Source: Girardia tigrina (lineage: Eukaryota). From it: a stretch of 59,392 nucleotides of DNA. Positions 1 through 13,970 of the stretch are shown piece by piece (the first letter of the stretch is position 1; every line of letters starts with the position of its first letter). The position numbers and the translations under genes were made by a program. The stretch lies in the NCBI GenBank assembly GCA_001938485.1, contig MQRK01181535.1:1-59392 (forward strand), read 5' to 3'. The notes below the pieces were generated by a model. The model saw only the letters and a list, made by a program, of their open reading frames with translations, was not told where the DNA came from and searched no databases.

Positions 1-239
1 TTCTACGTAGTATCCCTGAGAAACTAGAATGGGTTCGATTCCGTCTCTAGGCTAAAGTGCCCGAAAGCAAGCCTTTCATTGCGGAAAATAAGCCGGCAAT
101 GTATCGTATTCAGGAATGGACCAGCAATCCATTCACTAGGCTTCGCTATACAATCTGGGTGTGAAGGCAGTGGGGAGTAGTGACCTCGCTGTCGATGGTT
201 GGATTGCATCTTAATGATCTGGGATGAATCAATCCCGGT
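1..239 (-). mobile_element. Retrotransposon-like coding fragment, possibly the OTU-like region of an RLE/NeSL-type non-LTR element
   Basis: GC-richer segment reading HYSPLPSHPDC..WIAGPF..GHFSLETE. A diverged relative lies at 26560-26870 (+). Family assignment is inference. Confidence 0.35.
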
Positions 240-409
240 NNNNNNNNNNNNNNNNNNNNNNNNNNNNNNNNNNNNNNNNNNNNNNNNNNNNNNNNNNNNN
301 NNNNNNNNNNNNNNNNNNNNNNNNNNNNNNNNNNNNNNNNNNNNNNNNNNNNNNNNNNNNNNNNNNNNNNNNNNNNNNNNNNNNNNNNNNNNNNNNNNNN
401 NNNNNNNNN

Positions 410-890
410 TAGCGAGCACTCGCAAATGAGTCGATCGAGTAAGGTTCTTGATCATTGGTTATGTTGTAAGGATAGAACCTCATCCATTTCAAAATATGAG
501 TTTTCTGTTCTACAAAAGGGTTTTGATTTACATTACGAACGACAGTTTTGTGAATCTCTACTAATAAGACACCACAACCCATCAAATAACATTCAGAATG
601 GGCAAAGTAAAGTTATTTCAATACTTAAAATTTTTAATTAAAATATTTTTGCCATTATTACCCAATAATACTTTAATAAATAATAATATAAAATCCATAA
701 TATACCTTTTAAAGTAAATGTATCTATTAAAATTGTATTATTCAAACAATTCAATATTCATTTACTAAACATCCAAAAATTGCTGATGATGATATATGTA
801 AACATCAAAACATGTCCAATAGTTGTATAAAAAAAGCTTTAATCAAATTATATTTTCGAAATACTAAACTTGCGTTCAAAAGACTCAATT
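410..890 (+). mobile_element. Penelope-like element family A, 3' end/pLTR (GIY-YIG C-terminus)
   Basis: SEHSQMSRSSKVLDHWLCCKDR...CESLLIRHHNP..NIQ then a hammerhead. Related copies at 22410-22837, 7960-8270 (-) and 58680-58845 (-). Confidence 0.85.
779..820 (+). ncRNA. Minimal hammerhead ribozyme, degenerate (G12A)
   Basis: ATTG CTGATGA T GATAT..ACATC AAAA CATGTC CAAT; compare the intact copy at 22759. Confidence 0.7.
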
Positions 891-1688
891 TTCTAATAAT
901 ATAATTTTTTATAAAAATAAATTTTGCAAATTTATTAAATAATCTTCACATTTTAACTAAAAATTTATTTCAAAATTTACTTAAAATTTTGAAAATTTAT
1001 TATATAATTTTCCCATTAAAACTAAAAATTTATTTTCAAATTTATTTAAAATTGTTTCATAATTTCTATTAAAATATATAAATTGTTATGACTGTAAAAA
1101 TATTTTTTATTTAATGGTTTTCTGATCATTTTTAATTTTAAGATATTTTTAAAAAACACATTAAAAACATATTTTATTTTTAAGTACGTATTTGATTTTT
1201 TAATAGTTTTTTTATTATATCCTTTTTTTAATTTTTTTTAAAATATTTAATACGCATATTTACATTAAAATATTTTAACCTTTAAATTAAAAAAAATAAT
1301 AAATTATTACGGCGAGATGTAAATTTAAATTAACCCCTCATATATATAAAATATCTTTATTTGGTAATAAGAAACAATTGAACAAAAAGATGTAGAAAAT
1401 ACGAAAATACTTTTGGTTCACCCTAATATTTATTGTTTTTAATTACAGATTTTAAGTATTAAAATGATTTTCCTTTGCCAATTTTGAATGGTAAAATTGG
1501 GGAGTAGTCTTATCAATAATAATAATTGATTATTTGTATTAATAATTAAGAATGAGTAAATTATTCCATCATTTTAAATCTTTTTTACTACAAAAGTTTA
1601 TGAATTCATATAAAAATGATGACAGTTTTTATGGATGAATTAAAGTAATAAACATTTTCTCAACAAAATTAAATTATTTGTATTCCAG

Positions 1689-4600
1689 TATATAACAATA
1701 ATCTCAGTGATCGTCTTAGTCCAAATTGTGGCCGTCATCATTTTTGGAACTAATCATGGAGAGGTTAAACATTTTTCGAAGAAGAAGTTTTTTTAATTAA
1801 ATACTACTAAATTTTACAGCTAAAAAAGGTTATAACAAAGATTTTGAAAAGTTTGATTGAGAAATATCGCGGACTGAGTGATCCAAATGCTGAAAGCATT
1901 CTCCTTAATATAGTGCAAATTTCAGTATATTTTTATATTTGTCAATCAATAATCATAACTAAATTCAGCTAAAATGTTGTGGAGCAAATAATTATCAAGA
2001 TTACGATTCAGCTGCCGCTTTCGACAGAATAGCGAAAGGCACGTACAATGGAAAAGACTACAGTAATTTTCTATTTGTTTTCAAAATATCATAGAAATTG
2101 AAAATAATATCCAGATTCTAATTTATAGCAATAATAAATTGTGATTCTCCCACCTAATTGGAAATTGTTGTTTTATTTTTTATTTACGGTAATTGACTAT
2201 TCGAACATAATTAAAAAATAATAATGAAAGGATAATATTCTGGTAAGTTTAAATTTTTGAAATTAGTAATTTGAAACAAATTTACTATTTTTAATAAAAA
2301 GAAAATTATTTAAAGGGATATAACAAAACTAATTAAATTTACTCATTTTATTTTAAAAAGTAATTCTATAAGTTTAGAAAATTTTAAAGTATTTTTTTAT
2401 AATATATTTGTGTCTGAGAAGTTTAATTTAATTCAATAATTTTTCATAATTTTAATCTTTCTACCTCGATTCTCAGTCTATCGACATCTAAACAGACTCC
2501 TAAAGTCATTGTTCTCGGACGTCACCAATCAGTGATTTAAGTTTTGTTCTTCACGGACCAAATTCAATTTGTAAACTAGTTGACTTACACCGTTGATAGA
2601 TTTCTCCACAATGCAACAACAAATAGCCTGCCGACGAATGTCAAACCAAAGAAACCGCGTAATGAAACCATATATCGGGCCTGTGGAACAGATGTAAAAA
2701 CACAAAATCACGTATTATGCCATTGCAAAGAAATAAATCGCTAATAACTGCGCGACGCAATACAATAACACAGTTTGTCAAAAAAGAACTTATAACAAAA
2801 AAAACTGATCTTGGACATAATTATTGACCGTGAATGTACCTGGTCTGACTCAAAAACCCGAATAGATCTTCAAATCTACAACAAGAGAGCAAGAGAACTT
2901 TGGCTGATCGATGTCAAGACACCGTACGATAAAGTCAAATCCCTGAAGAATGCAAGAACAAATAATGACAAAAAGTACAAACCACTGATAAATGAAGCAA
3001 AGAAATACCACAAAGGATGGACGATTCGACTGGGCGCCATTGTGGTGGGTTGCTTGGGTTCCAGGCCAAATGCAAACAATACCACCTTATCAACTATAAA
3101 GCTCTCAGATACAACGACAAAAAATCTGAGACGCATGTGCATTATTTCCAATGTCAAGTACTGCACATCGACTTGGAATAAACACAACTTTTCCTGACGT
3201 CAAATGCGGTAGCTGTTACTAAAGGAATGACTACGGCAGATGTATCAGCTAAAGGAAAGTGTGAAGGCAGAATACACACTCCAATGTGCGACTCTAGCTC
3301 GGGGTTTCCGCATGTTATTCAGGAATAATTTTATCTGTTTCAAATGAAACGTTATACAATTTTCTTTAAACTTGGTACACTTACTCATTTTCGATGACAA
3401 TAAATGATTTTGTGAAAGTAAAACTTGGAAAGTAAAATTCATCATTATATGAGATGCTTGTTATTTTTTTCATGATATTTTATTTTTTTTCATTTCAAGG
3501 TGAAAGCACCAAGTTTAAAAACATCCCGCCAGATTTTAAATCTACAATCTAAACCTTAGCAAAAGTCTTCGTTTGAACCACTGACATTCTTAAATGAATT
3601 TCGTTGGACCACACTTAAAAAATCAGCGTCATTATATCTATACTGGAGTTCACTTAATAAAACAAAATTAAGAAACTAAATTTAATAATAGCATTAAGTT
3701 TCTCTGATATTAAAATAAGGCTCTATAGTCAAAATCAAATGTGATTGAGGACAATAAGTGTCACAGGTGTCACAATTCGTACATTGGAGAGACAAATCGT
3801 TGTCTCAAAACACGGATCAGTGAACATTCACAGCCGAGTCAATAGAGTAGGGTTTTTGATCATTGTGTTTATTGCAAAGATTCAAAAAATGAGTTTTCTA
3901 TTCTTCAAACTAACTTTGATAAACATTATGAGAGGTAATATTGTGAATCATTATCCTCAATTCTGAATTATTAATTTAAAGAAGGCTAAAATTTATTAAA
4001 AGGTTTGGTGTCTAAATAAATTCAAAGATTGTGCAGAGCCTAAGTGAGATCTGAGACGAACTCTTGTGGGTTGGTGCGTACGCCTCCCTCAGCGTATCAT
4101 TTATCACACTGAAAACAGTTTGTTACTCACTTGGCATTTACGAGAACAATTTATATGCATGCCATTTCAGGAGCACTGGAAATTCCGCCATTTGAAAATT
4201 TCCAAAAAACCGCCGCTTTGTCATCGAATTTGCGATACCAAAATCCTATCTCCTGAATCTTCCTCCATGTACTTTTGGCAAGATGGAAAGAACATCCGTG
4301 AGTAGCATTATTATCTCTAAAACATCCCTTTGCAGCATTCATTGCTGTAAATTCGACATCTGTGATTATGGACAATGGATCTACAGAATGTCCAATTAAT
4401 TTGCAATGAATCTTGATTGAGAATCGGGTCCATTATCACACAGCAGAAATGGCTGCTCATTTATAACACCTGTAGCTGCCCATTTTCCATCAATCACAAT
4501 CTCTTGTAAAGTCTATGAGAAACACTTTTCTTCGGTACCATCTTTTCCGGTACCTTTTGTTCCACACACCAGTGAAATCTCCTGGACCAGCAAAATTTAT

Positions 4601-7600
4601 TCGATTCATGATTTGTTTAATCAATCAATAACCACCATAAGTTTATGTATGTAAAATATTGAAGAATCCTTTACAATGCAGCATGCATAACAATTATTAG
4701 AAAAGAACAACAGATAGAAATCTCCTTTTCAAAATATCTTGCATCCGACTAATATTTTAAATCCTTATTTTATTCTAAACTAGCAATATCAATCTCTTTT
4801 TATGAGAATTTCTGAAGAAAATAGACTTCAAAGGCAAAATAAACACTGAGTGGTGTAACTAAAACTTTACCAGAAACCTCTTAAAATATCTTAATCAAAA
4901 TCTTGTGGAATGGTGACAATCAAACAAAGTTGTTTAAATACTTGTATGAGTTTGTGGGAAACTTGAATTTGAAAAAAATATTAGTTTTGATATTTTCTAA
5001 CTGTTTTGCAACAAATCTTATAAGCCATCTTGTGGTGAATTCAAATTCCGGTGATTTCATGTGTCATTACATTAGCGGAATATGCAATTGCATGGTCAGA
5101 TTCAATTGCTTGAACTGACCCCAGGGCATATTATATAATATTGCCTTAATATAAAAAAACAAGTATTTTTCTTTAAAAAAGGTTATCTAACCCTTTATTT
5201 ATTTTAAATAAATCTTACTAAAGAATTCATCTTCTTTACACAATCTAAATTTATCTTAAATTTATCTTTGAAAAAAATATTCAAAACAATGTTATAATGT
5301 ATTAAAATATTGGGAAATATAATTGAATTCGAATAATTTGTACTATAAATAAAAGAAATAATATTTTCTAGGTGGAACTTTGAAATTTCCTGTTTCATGC
5401 TGTAAGTTTACCAATTCTCAGCCTGATGGTGATTTGCAAACTTGTATTAAAAATCCTGATACTACTCCCAGTAACAAAGATGTTGGGTGTACTGAGGAAA
5501 TCTACAAATACATCCAGAAATATTATGATATTATAATAAAAATTATTGGAGGAATAATCGGATTTCAGGTAATATATTTATATATTATTGAATAATATTA
5601 AATTATGTGATATTTTGGTAGAAGATAAAACTAAGTAGTAGTAGTAAAGCATCAAGAGAATTATTGAAATTCAGTACTAAAAAACGTACCATTTATTTTT
5701 AATGAGGAATGGTTTATGCAAACTGATGGAATCGCTATGGGTTCACCTTTAGCGTCTTTGATGGCCTCTATCTTTTTGCATAATTTAGAACGAAAGTTCA
5801 ATAATTTTAATGGTGAATTGCCTTTATTTTATACGAGATATGTTGATGACACTTCTTATATTTAAAGGTGAAGATAATGTCTCACACTTTTTAGAGTTTG
5901 TAAATGGTCTTCACCCTAATATAAAGCTTACCTTTGAAATGGAAAATACTAATAAACTATCATTTTTAGATGTATTAATTGAAAGAATGAAAGATATATA
6001 TCAAACTCGAATATATCGAAAACCAACTGATACCGGTTTGTACAGTTGTCCAAACAGTTTTTCTGACCCAAAATACAATAGGAATAGGATTAAAGGTTTG
6101 GTACATAGAGTCTGGGGTTTAACATCAACCCTTGAGATATTTGATAATGAAGTTGATAAACTTCATAATAGGTGTAGAGCCCTACTGACGCTTTATTTTT
6201 CTTTGGTTATGTGTGTATGTGATTTTTCTTTTATTTTACTTCTGTACAAAGCCTTGGAGTGACTAGTTATTCTTTATACATAGGGATTCCCGTGTGTGTG
6301 AGGAGTGTGATGTATATTGTTTCTTTTTGCCTGTACACACTGATTTGTTCTTTTATCGTTGAATTTTTTATTTGAAAAATCCTATTCGAAACCGGTTTTC
6401 CTTGCGACGGTGAATTTGTCAGTGTAACTAATAAAATCGAATTGTTACAATCGAGTTGAAATATTATCAATTCTTATATACGGTAATTAGTTATTTAATT
6501 TGTCATTCATTTTTCGATTTCGATATTGATTTTTTTAATTTTATTTACTAAATAATGTAAATAGATTGTTTTGGTTTCTTTCCATGCTTTTTAAAAACTC
6601 TGGAATTAAAAAAAAATATCGAATCACGCTGAATACAATAAACACTAGTAGCGATTTTTTGTTCTTTTATTAAATTAAAATTGCTTTGCAATATCTGTTT
6701 GGAATGACTTTTGCTGTGTCTGCGATAAAAATGAGCGAGAAAACCGGCGCGAATTGACATCTTCCAATAAAGATTTTCTTTTTTTTTGTTGATTGATGAA
6801 AAACTTGATTTGAAAACTGTAGAAATATCCTTCTCGAAATAGTAAAAAAAACGCAATATTTCAACTCGATTGTAACAATTCGATTTTATTAGTTACACTG
6901 ACAAATTCACCGTCGCAAGGAAAACCGGTTTCGAATAGGATTTTTCAAATAAAAAATTCAACGATAAAAGAACAAATCAGTGTGTACAGGCAAAAAGAAA
7001 CAATATACATCACACTCCTCACACACACGGGAATCCCTATGTATAAAGAATAACTAGTCACTCCAAGGCTTTGTACAGAAGTAAAATAAAAGAAAAATCA
7101 CATACACACATAACCAAAGAAAAATAAAGCGTCAGTAGGGCTCTACAATAGGCTTTCTAAAAATGGATTTAATAAAAAGTATTTAAATAAAATCAAAAAA
7201 GGATACTGTTGAATCCATTTATTTAAAGTCAAATAATACATCAAATATAACTTCGGAAAATGACATTGATAATCAAATGACTATCAATCTAAAATTACCG
7301 TACTCAGAGAGAGCAAAATAGTTCAAACGATTTTTAGAACATCGAACACCTGTTGGCTTAAAATTGAGAGTAATCTTTGTAACTAATAAATGCCGGAACT
7401 ATTTTTCCTACAAATCAAAAACTCCTTTGTGTATTAAGGCAAATCTAGTTTATCAATTCAAATGTACATTGGAGAGACAAGTCGTCATCTCCGCACTAGA
7501 ATTGCTGAACATACTCAATCAAGTAGAAATAGTTCGACATTTAGTCATATTAAAAGATGTAAAGGTAATCTTATGGATTACAGTAAAGATTTTAAAGTGA

Positions 7601-10600
7601 TTTTAAATAATTTTGACACAAATTATGAAAGGATTATTGCCGAAGCATTGTTAATAAAGCATCATAAACCATGCTTAAACGTGCAAGGTGATTCATCTAA
7701 TCNNNNNNNNNNNNNNNNNNNNNNNNNNNNNNNNNNNNNNNNNNNNNNNNNNNNNNNNNNNNNNNNNNNNNNNNNNNNNNNNNNNNNNNNNNNNNNNNNN
7801 NNNNNNNNNNNNNNNNNNNNNNNNNNNNNNNNNNNNNNNNNNNNNNNNNNNNNNNNNNNNNNNNNNNNNNNNNNNNNNNNNNNNNNNNNNNNNNNNNNNN
7901 NNNNNNNNNNNNNNNNNNNNNNNNNNNNNNNNNNNATATATATATATATATATATATATATAGAAAATATAATTTGATTAAAGCTTTTTTTATATAATTA
8001 TTGTATATGTTTCGATGTTTATATACATCATCATCAGCAATTTTCGGAAATTTAGTATATAAATATTAAATTTTTTTTAATAATACAATTTTAAAAGGTA
8101 TATTAACTTTAAAAGGAATATTCTGAATTAAATATTCTTATTTATTAAAGTATTATTGGGTAATAATGGTTAAAATATCGTAATTAAACATTTTAAGTAT
8201 TGAAATAACTTTACTTTGCCCATTCTGAATGTTAATTGATGGATTGTACTGTCTTATTAGTAAAACATGAATACTAACTGGTTAAGGTTTTGTTAAACAG
8301 TAAGCTTATGCTATCTTTGCTGTTACCGTACTCACGAAAGACATAATATGTTCGAAATTCTTAACAAAATAATCACGTTTGACAAAGTTATCAAATGAAT
8401 TTTCGATCTGATGCGACCAATTTCACTGTGATTTTATCTCTCCTTGGATAATTCAGTTAAATTTATCTTGGAATATATTTCTGCAATATTGATCATCACG
8501 TTGTGAATCACTAACCAAGCATCAACCAAAAGAGTCTCAACGGGGCCTCCTTCACCAACGATAATCAAAGAATAACTTTCACTATGTTTTGTACGAATTA
8601 CGAATTGAAGAATTAATTCAATTTTCTTAATTTTTCACAACCGCAAAATGTGATTTGATTTCGTCATTCGAACTCCTAATTCAACGATAATTTACAATCC
8701 TGACCGACACTTTATTCAAAAATTTGATTTTAATTTTCATAGAATAAATTGTAAATTTAAATAATTTTCCAATAACGTTAGTCACAATTTTCTATTTTGC
8801 AGAAAATTCTTTACACACTACCATCTTTTTTTCAAAACAAAACACATTTTCAAATATTTTTCCATTTAAATAACAAGCAATTTTTATATTAATAAAAAAT
8901 AATTTTTTAAAATTAATAAGAAACTTTTAGTGCTTAGCAGACTATATATATTCACACGCTATATATCAGATCATTACATCCTAAGATTAATGTGCAATCT
9001 GGTCTACCGAAAACCCTATTGAGTGTGTTTCGATGAGACAAATATTCATTCATGGCATAGTCACTGCTTGTCTATATACGTGGATATAAAATCCATAATG
9101 TCGTTATGACTTGACAACTATGGTTAAACCATCGAAATAAATTGTTTATTCTGAAATTATAAATTAAACTAAACTGTGAATGCGTCTGCTAAACAAGAGG
9201 AGACATTACTACAATGCATAGACATTTTTCTGATGATAAATTTCTGATAAAATCATTAAAAAGATAAGGAAAAAATAATAAGAAAAAGCATTGCAGATAA
9301 ATAACCTTCACACAATTTTTATATTTAATAATCGAGAACAGGTGTATTATTTTGTAAAATTTCTTGAATCTATGTTATGTTTAAAAATATAAATAAAATA
9401 TAAACCTTCAAACTTAGATAATGCCATGTTTCTAACACCACCAAAAATGCATACAACTTGTAAGCCTCTTCCGCATTGTTTGCGCATATGGTTTAGGAAT
9501 ATTTCGAAATTGCTTTTAGAATAAATAATCAAAAATTTCTGGATATACTCTAAACAAAAAAGTAATAATCAAGTTTTACAAAATAAGGCAACGGTAAGTA
9601 ATAACCATTTGTAATGTTTATTTCCTTACGTAGTTATGATATTTAAATTTTTATAATTATATTTCTTTTTAAGAAATACTAAAGTACATCTAAATAAAAA
9701 TAATGTAAATACACAAATATAAATAAAATTACTCTACACAGTCAAATTTGGTGAGGCTTTGAAAATCAAAATAGGTGATTTTCATTTTAGAATGAGCATT
9801 AAAAAATTTTTATATTTATTTATTTTACATTATTTTTCAAATTTCAAAAACCAAAATGTTTTTTTCTGAAAATCAATTTGTTATTGTTTAGAAAGCTGTT
9901 TAACACATCTGCCCTACTCAAAAGTAGAAATGTCTACTATTCTGCACTAAATGAAATCATATTCGTTCAAAATGAGGAACTATGCAATATTGATGGGAAA
10001 TTATAACTAGAAAGGGTTTGAACATATATATCTTCTGATTGCCAATCTATTTCCCATAGAAGAGCATCATTGTATTCATGCCATCTTCCAAGAGATTCAA
10101 CGAGGAAAGGATAAATAGTAACTGTAGGCCAAAGCGGTTGTCTTGGTCGACTTTGATATTTAAATACGTAGTTTAGACTACAACGTGTCTGTGAACGAAT
10201 CGTCTTTCGGTGTCAAAGGGAGATTGGACTTCGATGATCTATACATTATTTCCATGATCTACCATGAAATATGTTTTTTAAAAGGAACCATCTTTAAATT
10301 TGTATTTTTTTTCTCTTTTTGGACAGGACCGAACGCGAAGCTTGTACCAGAAGTTTTTTGAGATCGTTAACAATTTTATTGTTTAATAGTACTAAAAGGT
10401 CTAAATAGAGGATAACCTTTTAATATATGTATTTCAGTTTCATGGTTAAGACCTCATTTTCGTGGAGTATTAGTGTGGTTTTAATTAAATAGGTAAGAAA
10501 GAAAATTACATTAGAGAAGACCTTGTCTAGAAAGATTAATGAAGTACCAGGAATCAAAAAGTTTTGGTTGGCAATGGATTCATGGAAGATATGTATGAGT

Positions 10601-12311
10601 CGTTTGTCTTTAACAGGTACGATTTGTTGAATTTTTTTGATGTAGTGAAAGAGAATTGAGAATATTGAATCCTGATAAGTCGTGTTAATGAAAGCGCGTA
10701 AACAGTTCAGCGGACAAAAAATGGTTCCATATATAGTTGAATATTTTAAAATAAAATTTGTTGAACAAAATTTAAATTATAGAATTTTTTTTTGAAAGAA
10801 ATATAAGGAAATTTCATAAAAGTCAAAAAACGTTCATCATAATGTAATCGATTTTGATAGATCAACCGTCGTTATCAGACTAAACTAACAATGATATATT
10901 CACATTTATATATCAAAGCAATGTTTATGTAATCATTTTGTAATTTATAAATCATAAAAATACCTTCAATAAAGTTATAGAAGATTGTACGTAATAAATT
11001 GCGTATACAAAATCTTAAAATTACTTATATCAACTTTACTATTGAAACATTTATTTCTATGTTGAGCAATATTACTATCATTTTCCATTTGATTATGTTT
11101 CTGAATTCATTTACAGAGATGACAAGTATCTCCGATGTATATGTCTTCATACCCATTATATTTATACTGATAAAGTAAATTAAAACATAAACCAGTTGGA
11201 GTGATAGATTCATTTATCGCTCTTTCTATCAACAGATCTAAGAATGGTAGAACATTATTGTTCAAAAATATATTGATATAACAAATTTTTCCATCTTGAA
11301 GTTAACTGTTTATGTTTCTTGGACGCCGAGAGAGAAATTCGAATACGAATATCAGATGGTTTTCCATTAGTTAGACATATGTTCGAGTGTTCATGCCTGG
11401 TGCAAATATGAGTGAGGTTATAGTATCAGTTACCAGTCATACACTTAACCTTGTAACCATATATTGGCTGACACTATATCATCGGTAGAAAAAAATGAAA
11501 ACTTCCATTATTGTTTTTATATTCAATAACATATTGGACAGGAAAATTGATAGCAATATTGGTCAACATAGAAATAACTGTTTGAAAAGTATAGGTGATG
11601 TAAGTAATTTTAAGATTTTGTATTCTCAACAACAAAATAATTCCAGAAGTTAAGACTGTTATTCCTATTGACCTGATTTCGATATTTTCATTTCTGATCC
11701 AAATTTATTCATGTTTGGTAATAAATATTATTTATCAATTTATTTATTTATTTTTTCTATATTCAATTAATAAATGAAGCTCGAATATTATCTTGATCGT
11801 CTTCTGGCTTTCTTCAAGTAATGTTAAAAAGGGGACATTGTAAAGGGCACATAAACACTTTAAAATTCTGTGCATTCAATTTAAGAATTATTGGGAGAGA
11901 GTGACATGTGAAGCGTTATATATAAGAATTTTGGATCCCGAAATTAACGTTCAAAATGCACTCTCGACAACTTTATTGAAAGCTTTTAAATAATTTATGG
12001 ATGATATATTGATGATATATTGAATCATTCCGCCAGTATATAAGTGCATTTCATTATTTTGAAAATTAGTTGTTCTGAAGATGACGGTTAATCCGTCGAA
12101 TTTAATAAACACTAATAAAAAAATTTAATTGATTTGTTAATTTTAATTATTTAAAATATTGTTATTTTCAAGTTTTCTATGATCTATTCGGAAAGTAATC
12201 ATGATGATCTGTACAATAATTGTAAAATTATTTTTATTTCAGGGCTTATTAATTCTGGGGGCTGTAGTTTGTGTGGTTTCGTTGTCGATGGACGAAAAGA
12301 TTCACGCGTGA
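1689..12311 (+). CDS. Tetraspanin copy A, 3' part (exons 1689-1763, 1820-1924, 1969-2062, 5372-5568, 12243-12311); exons 1-3 lie upstream of the window
   Basis: GT-AG exons splice in frame: YITIISVIVLVQIVAVIIFGTNHGE/LKKVITKILKSLIEKYRGLSDPNAESILLNIVQIS/LKCCGANNYQDY...GKDY/SGTLKFPVSCCKF...QTCIKNP...DVGCTEEI...IIGGIIGFQ/GLLILGAVVCVVSLSMDEKIHA*. Has the CCG, PxSCC and GC motifs of the tetraspanin large loop. Exon phases match copy B. Confidence 0.93.
2600..3320 (+). mobile_element. 3' fragment of an RLE-type (R2/NeSL-like) non-LTR retrotransposon
   Basis: Degenerate CCHC knuckle (RACGTDVKTQNHVLCHC), then restriction-like endonuclease ORF 2811-3197 (RIDL..LIDVKTPYD..KKY..IVVGCLGS). Confidence 0.85.
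3720..3970 (+). mobile_element. Penelope GIY-YIG fragment
   Basis: CHRCHNSYIGETNRCLKTRISEHSQ reading. Confidence 0.75.
4100..4420 (-). mobile_element. MULE transposase remnant
   Basis: IITDVEFTAMNAA..F...HGCSFHLAKSTWRKIQEIG, matching the D-F-E and GCxFH motifs. Confidence 0.75.
5640..7702 (+). mobile_element. Degenerate Penelope-like element (RT + GIY-YIG), interrupted by the foldback element at 6173-7147
   Basis: QTDGIAMGSPLAS, YTRYVDD, LSFLDVLI, IYRKPTDTG, YIGETSRHLRTRIAEH, EALLIK..KPCLNVQ. Removing the insert restores DKLHNR/LSKNGF. Confidence 0.92.
6173..7147. mobile_element. Non-autonomous foldback DNA transposon with 293-bp TIRs, TGT...ACA ends and a 5-bp TSD (Ginger2/Tdd-like)
   Basis: 6173-6465 is the reverse complement of 6855-7147. 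ATAGG is duplicated at 6168-6172 and 7148-7152. No coding capacity. Superfamily inferred from ends and TSD. Confidence 0.9.
7960..8270 (-). mobile_element. Penelope family A pLTR fragment
   Basis: Reverse-complement match to about 560-860. Confidence 0.8.
8000..8041 (-). ncRNA. Minimal hammerhead ribozyme, degenerate stem III/cleavage site
   Basis: ATTG CTGATGA T GATGT ATATAA ACATC GAAA CATATA CAAT on the - strand. Confidence 0.7.
11620..12180 (+). mobile_element. Penelope 3' end/pLTR fragment
   Basis: FKNYWERVTCEALYIRILDPEINVQNALSTTLLKAFK*, homologous to 43130-43244. Confidence 0.8.
12071..12111 (+). ncRNA. Minimal hammerhead ribozyme, GAAA mutated to GAAT
   Basis: TGTT CTGAAGA T GACGG TTAAT CCGTC GAAT TTAA TA AACA. 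Confidence 0.75.
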
Positions 12312-13970
12312 TTTTTCAATTTGAATATTTCATAACCTTCAATTTCGAGACTTCTTTTATATTAAAAGATATTTAATATTATTAAACTCAATATTATTAT
12401 TTAAAAAAATAAATGGTTCAGTGTTATTATTATTATTATTTAAAATTAAATTGATGTTAAATATTATTTTTGTTAGATGTTTTTGGAACATCTTCCACAC
12501 TGTCAATATTAAAAACTGACATCAGATTTTCAAATTTTATTTCTCTACAAAAAATGTCTAATACATTTTATTTAAACAAATTTAATCGAAATTAAATTCT
12601 TTTTTTTTACTTATGAAGAACTATTTATTCCATAAATCTCAAACTGGTATAATAAAAATAAATATAGTATTAATAATCCATTTGACTTTTTTTAATACTG
12701 ACAATTAAAGAATTTCATTTTTTATTTAAATTTACGAAATTTTATTATAGTTAAAATAACTTTATTTAGTTCTTGATTTTTTTTTAAATTTTAAAATCAC
12801 ACTTTGAATTCAATTATTATTTCAAAAATTTTAAAAGCATTTCATAAAAAATTCCTAACAATTTTTAATGATTTAAACATTTTTTGATGATTAAATATAT
12901 TATTATTATTATTTTAACAAATATATTTATTTAAAGGCCTTTTGATAAAAAAGATTTTTGTTTCTATATTCTTACTGAAAAACACTATCGAAAAGGTTAT
13001 CTTTCGATCTATTCGGTGACCATGATTCCTAATTGTACCAGCGATTTTTATTATTTACTGTAAACCTATTTTTCAATCTTAACCGATGCGAAAGAAAAAA
13101 AAATTTAAAGAAAGAAGTCAAAATTGGAGGAATATACAACTCTTTGATGTTCTAACCCGGGTCTTAAGACTACCAGCGGAACTGAAAATATGTGAACATT
13201 GTTATTTGTCCTTAACGAAGTGTCACATTTGGTAAAATGATATACGGTTGTAATTGCTTCCTCAAAGCAAACAAATAATATCCAAATTGGGAGACTGGGA
13301 CCAGAGTATTTCCTTAACAACGATCCCTTTTCTTTCCAACTCGATAACTGGGAATTATTTCAAGCTACTGATATGACCGCCTCACTATGGAGGTTCTTAC
13401 GGTATGAAACTTAAGTTCATGTATTGTTTCTATAAGATTCCATATAAAAAATGAATTTTGATATTCATTTTTTTGGTGATTAGACGGACATCAAACAAGG
13501 GTCCTTAAATTTATCGTCCCAATGGTGTACGAATCTTGCTACTTGAACATATCTTTGAAAAAGCTACCTCTTAAATTTCTGTTTCATACGAAGAAAACTT
13601 TTTATTTTCCTAAAGATAGTGTAGATAAATTATGTTTTAGGTTTTTGATATTTTTTTATTTTTAGTAAATCCTTTTATTTTTTCAATGCTTTATATTAGT
13701 TTGCTTTCTATACAGATGTGTATCCATGGGATTTAGAAACCTGTTTTTGAAGACTTTACACTGAATCAATTTTCTCCAAACTTCGGACATTTACTCATTT
13801 TCGATTACAATAAATGATTATGTGGAAATTTGATCAAACGATGAAATCAAAATTTCTTTTGCCAAAAGAGTTTTACGATTATCCACAAATGTTTAGACTG
13901 TGTTAAATAGAAATGTTTTGATTTTTTCCCTTTTATGCTAATAATAAATTTAATATGTTATTAGTACCTA

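Noticed and set aside
199-429. ORFs spanning N gaps here and elsewhere
   Set aside because: They are artefacts of undefined bases.
6267-6864. Short ORFs inside the foldback element
   Set aside because: No recognisable motifs; chance ORFs.
9730-10760. Possible Tc1 remnant
   Set aside because: Motifs are too degraded and no paired TIRs were identified.
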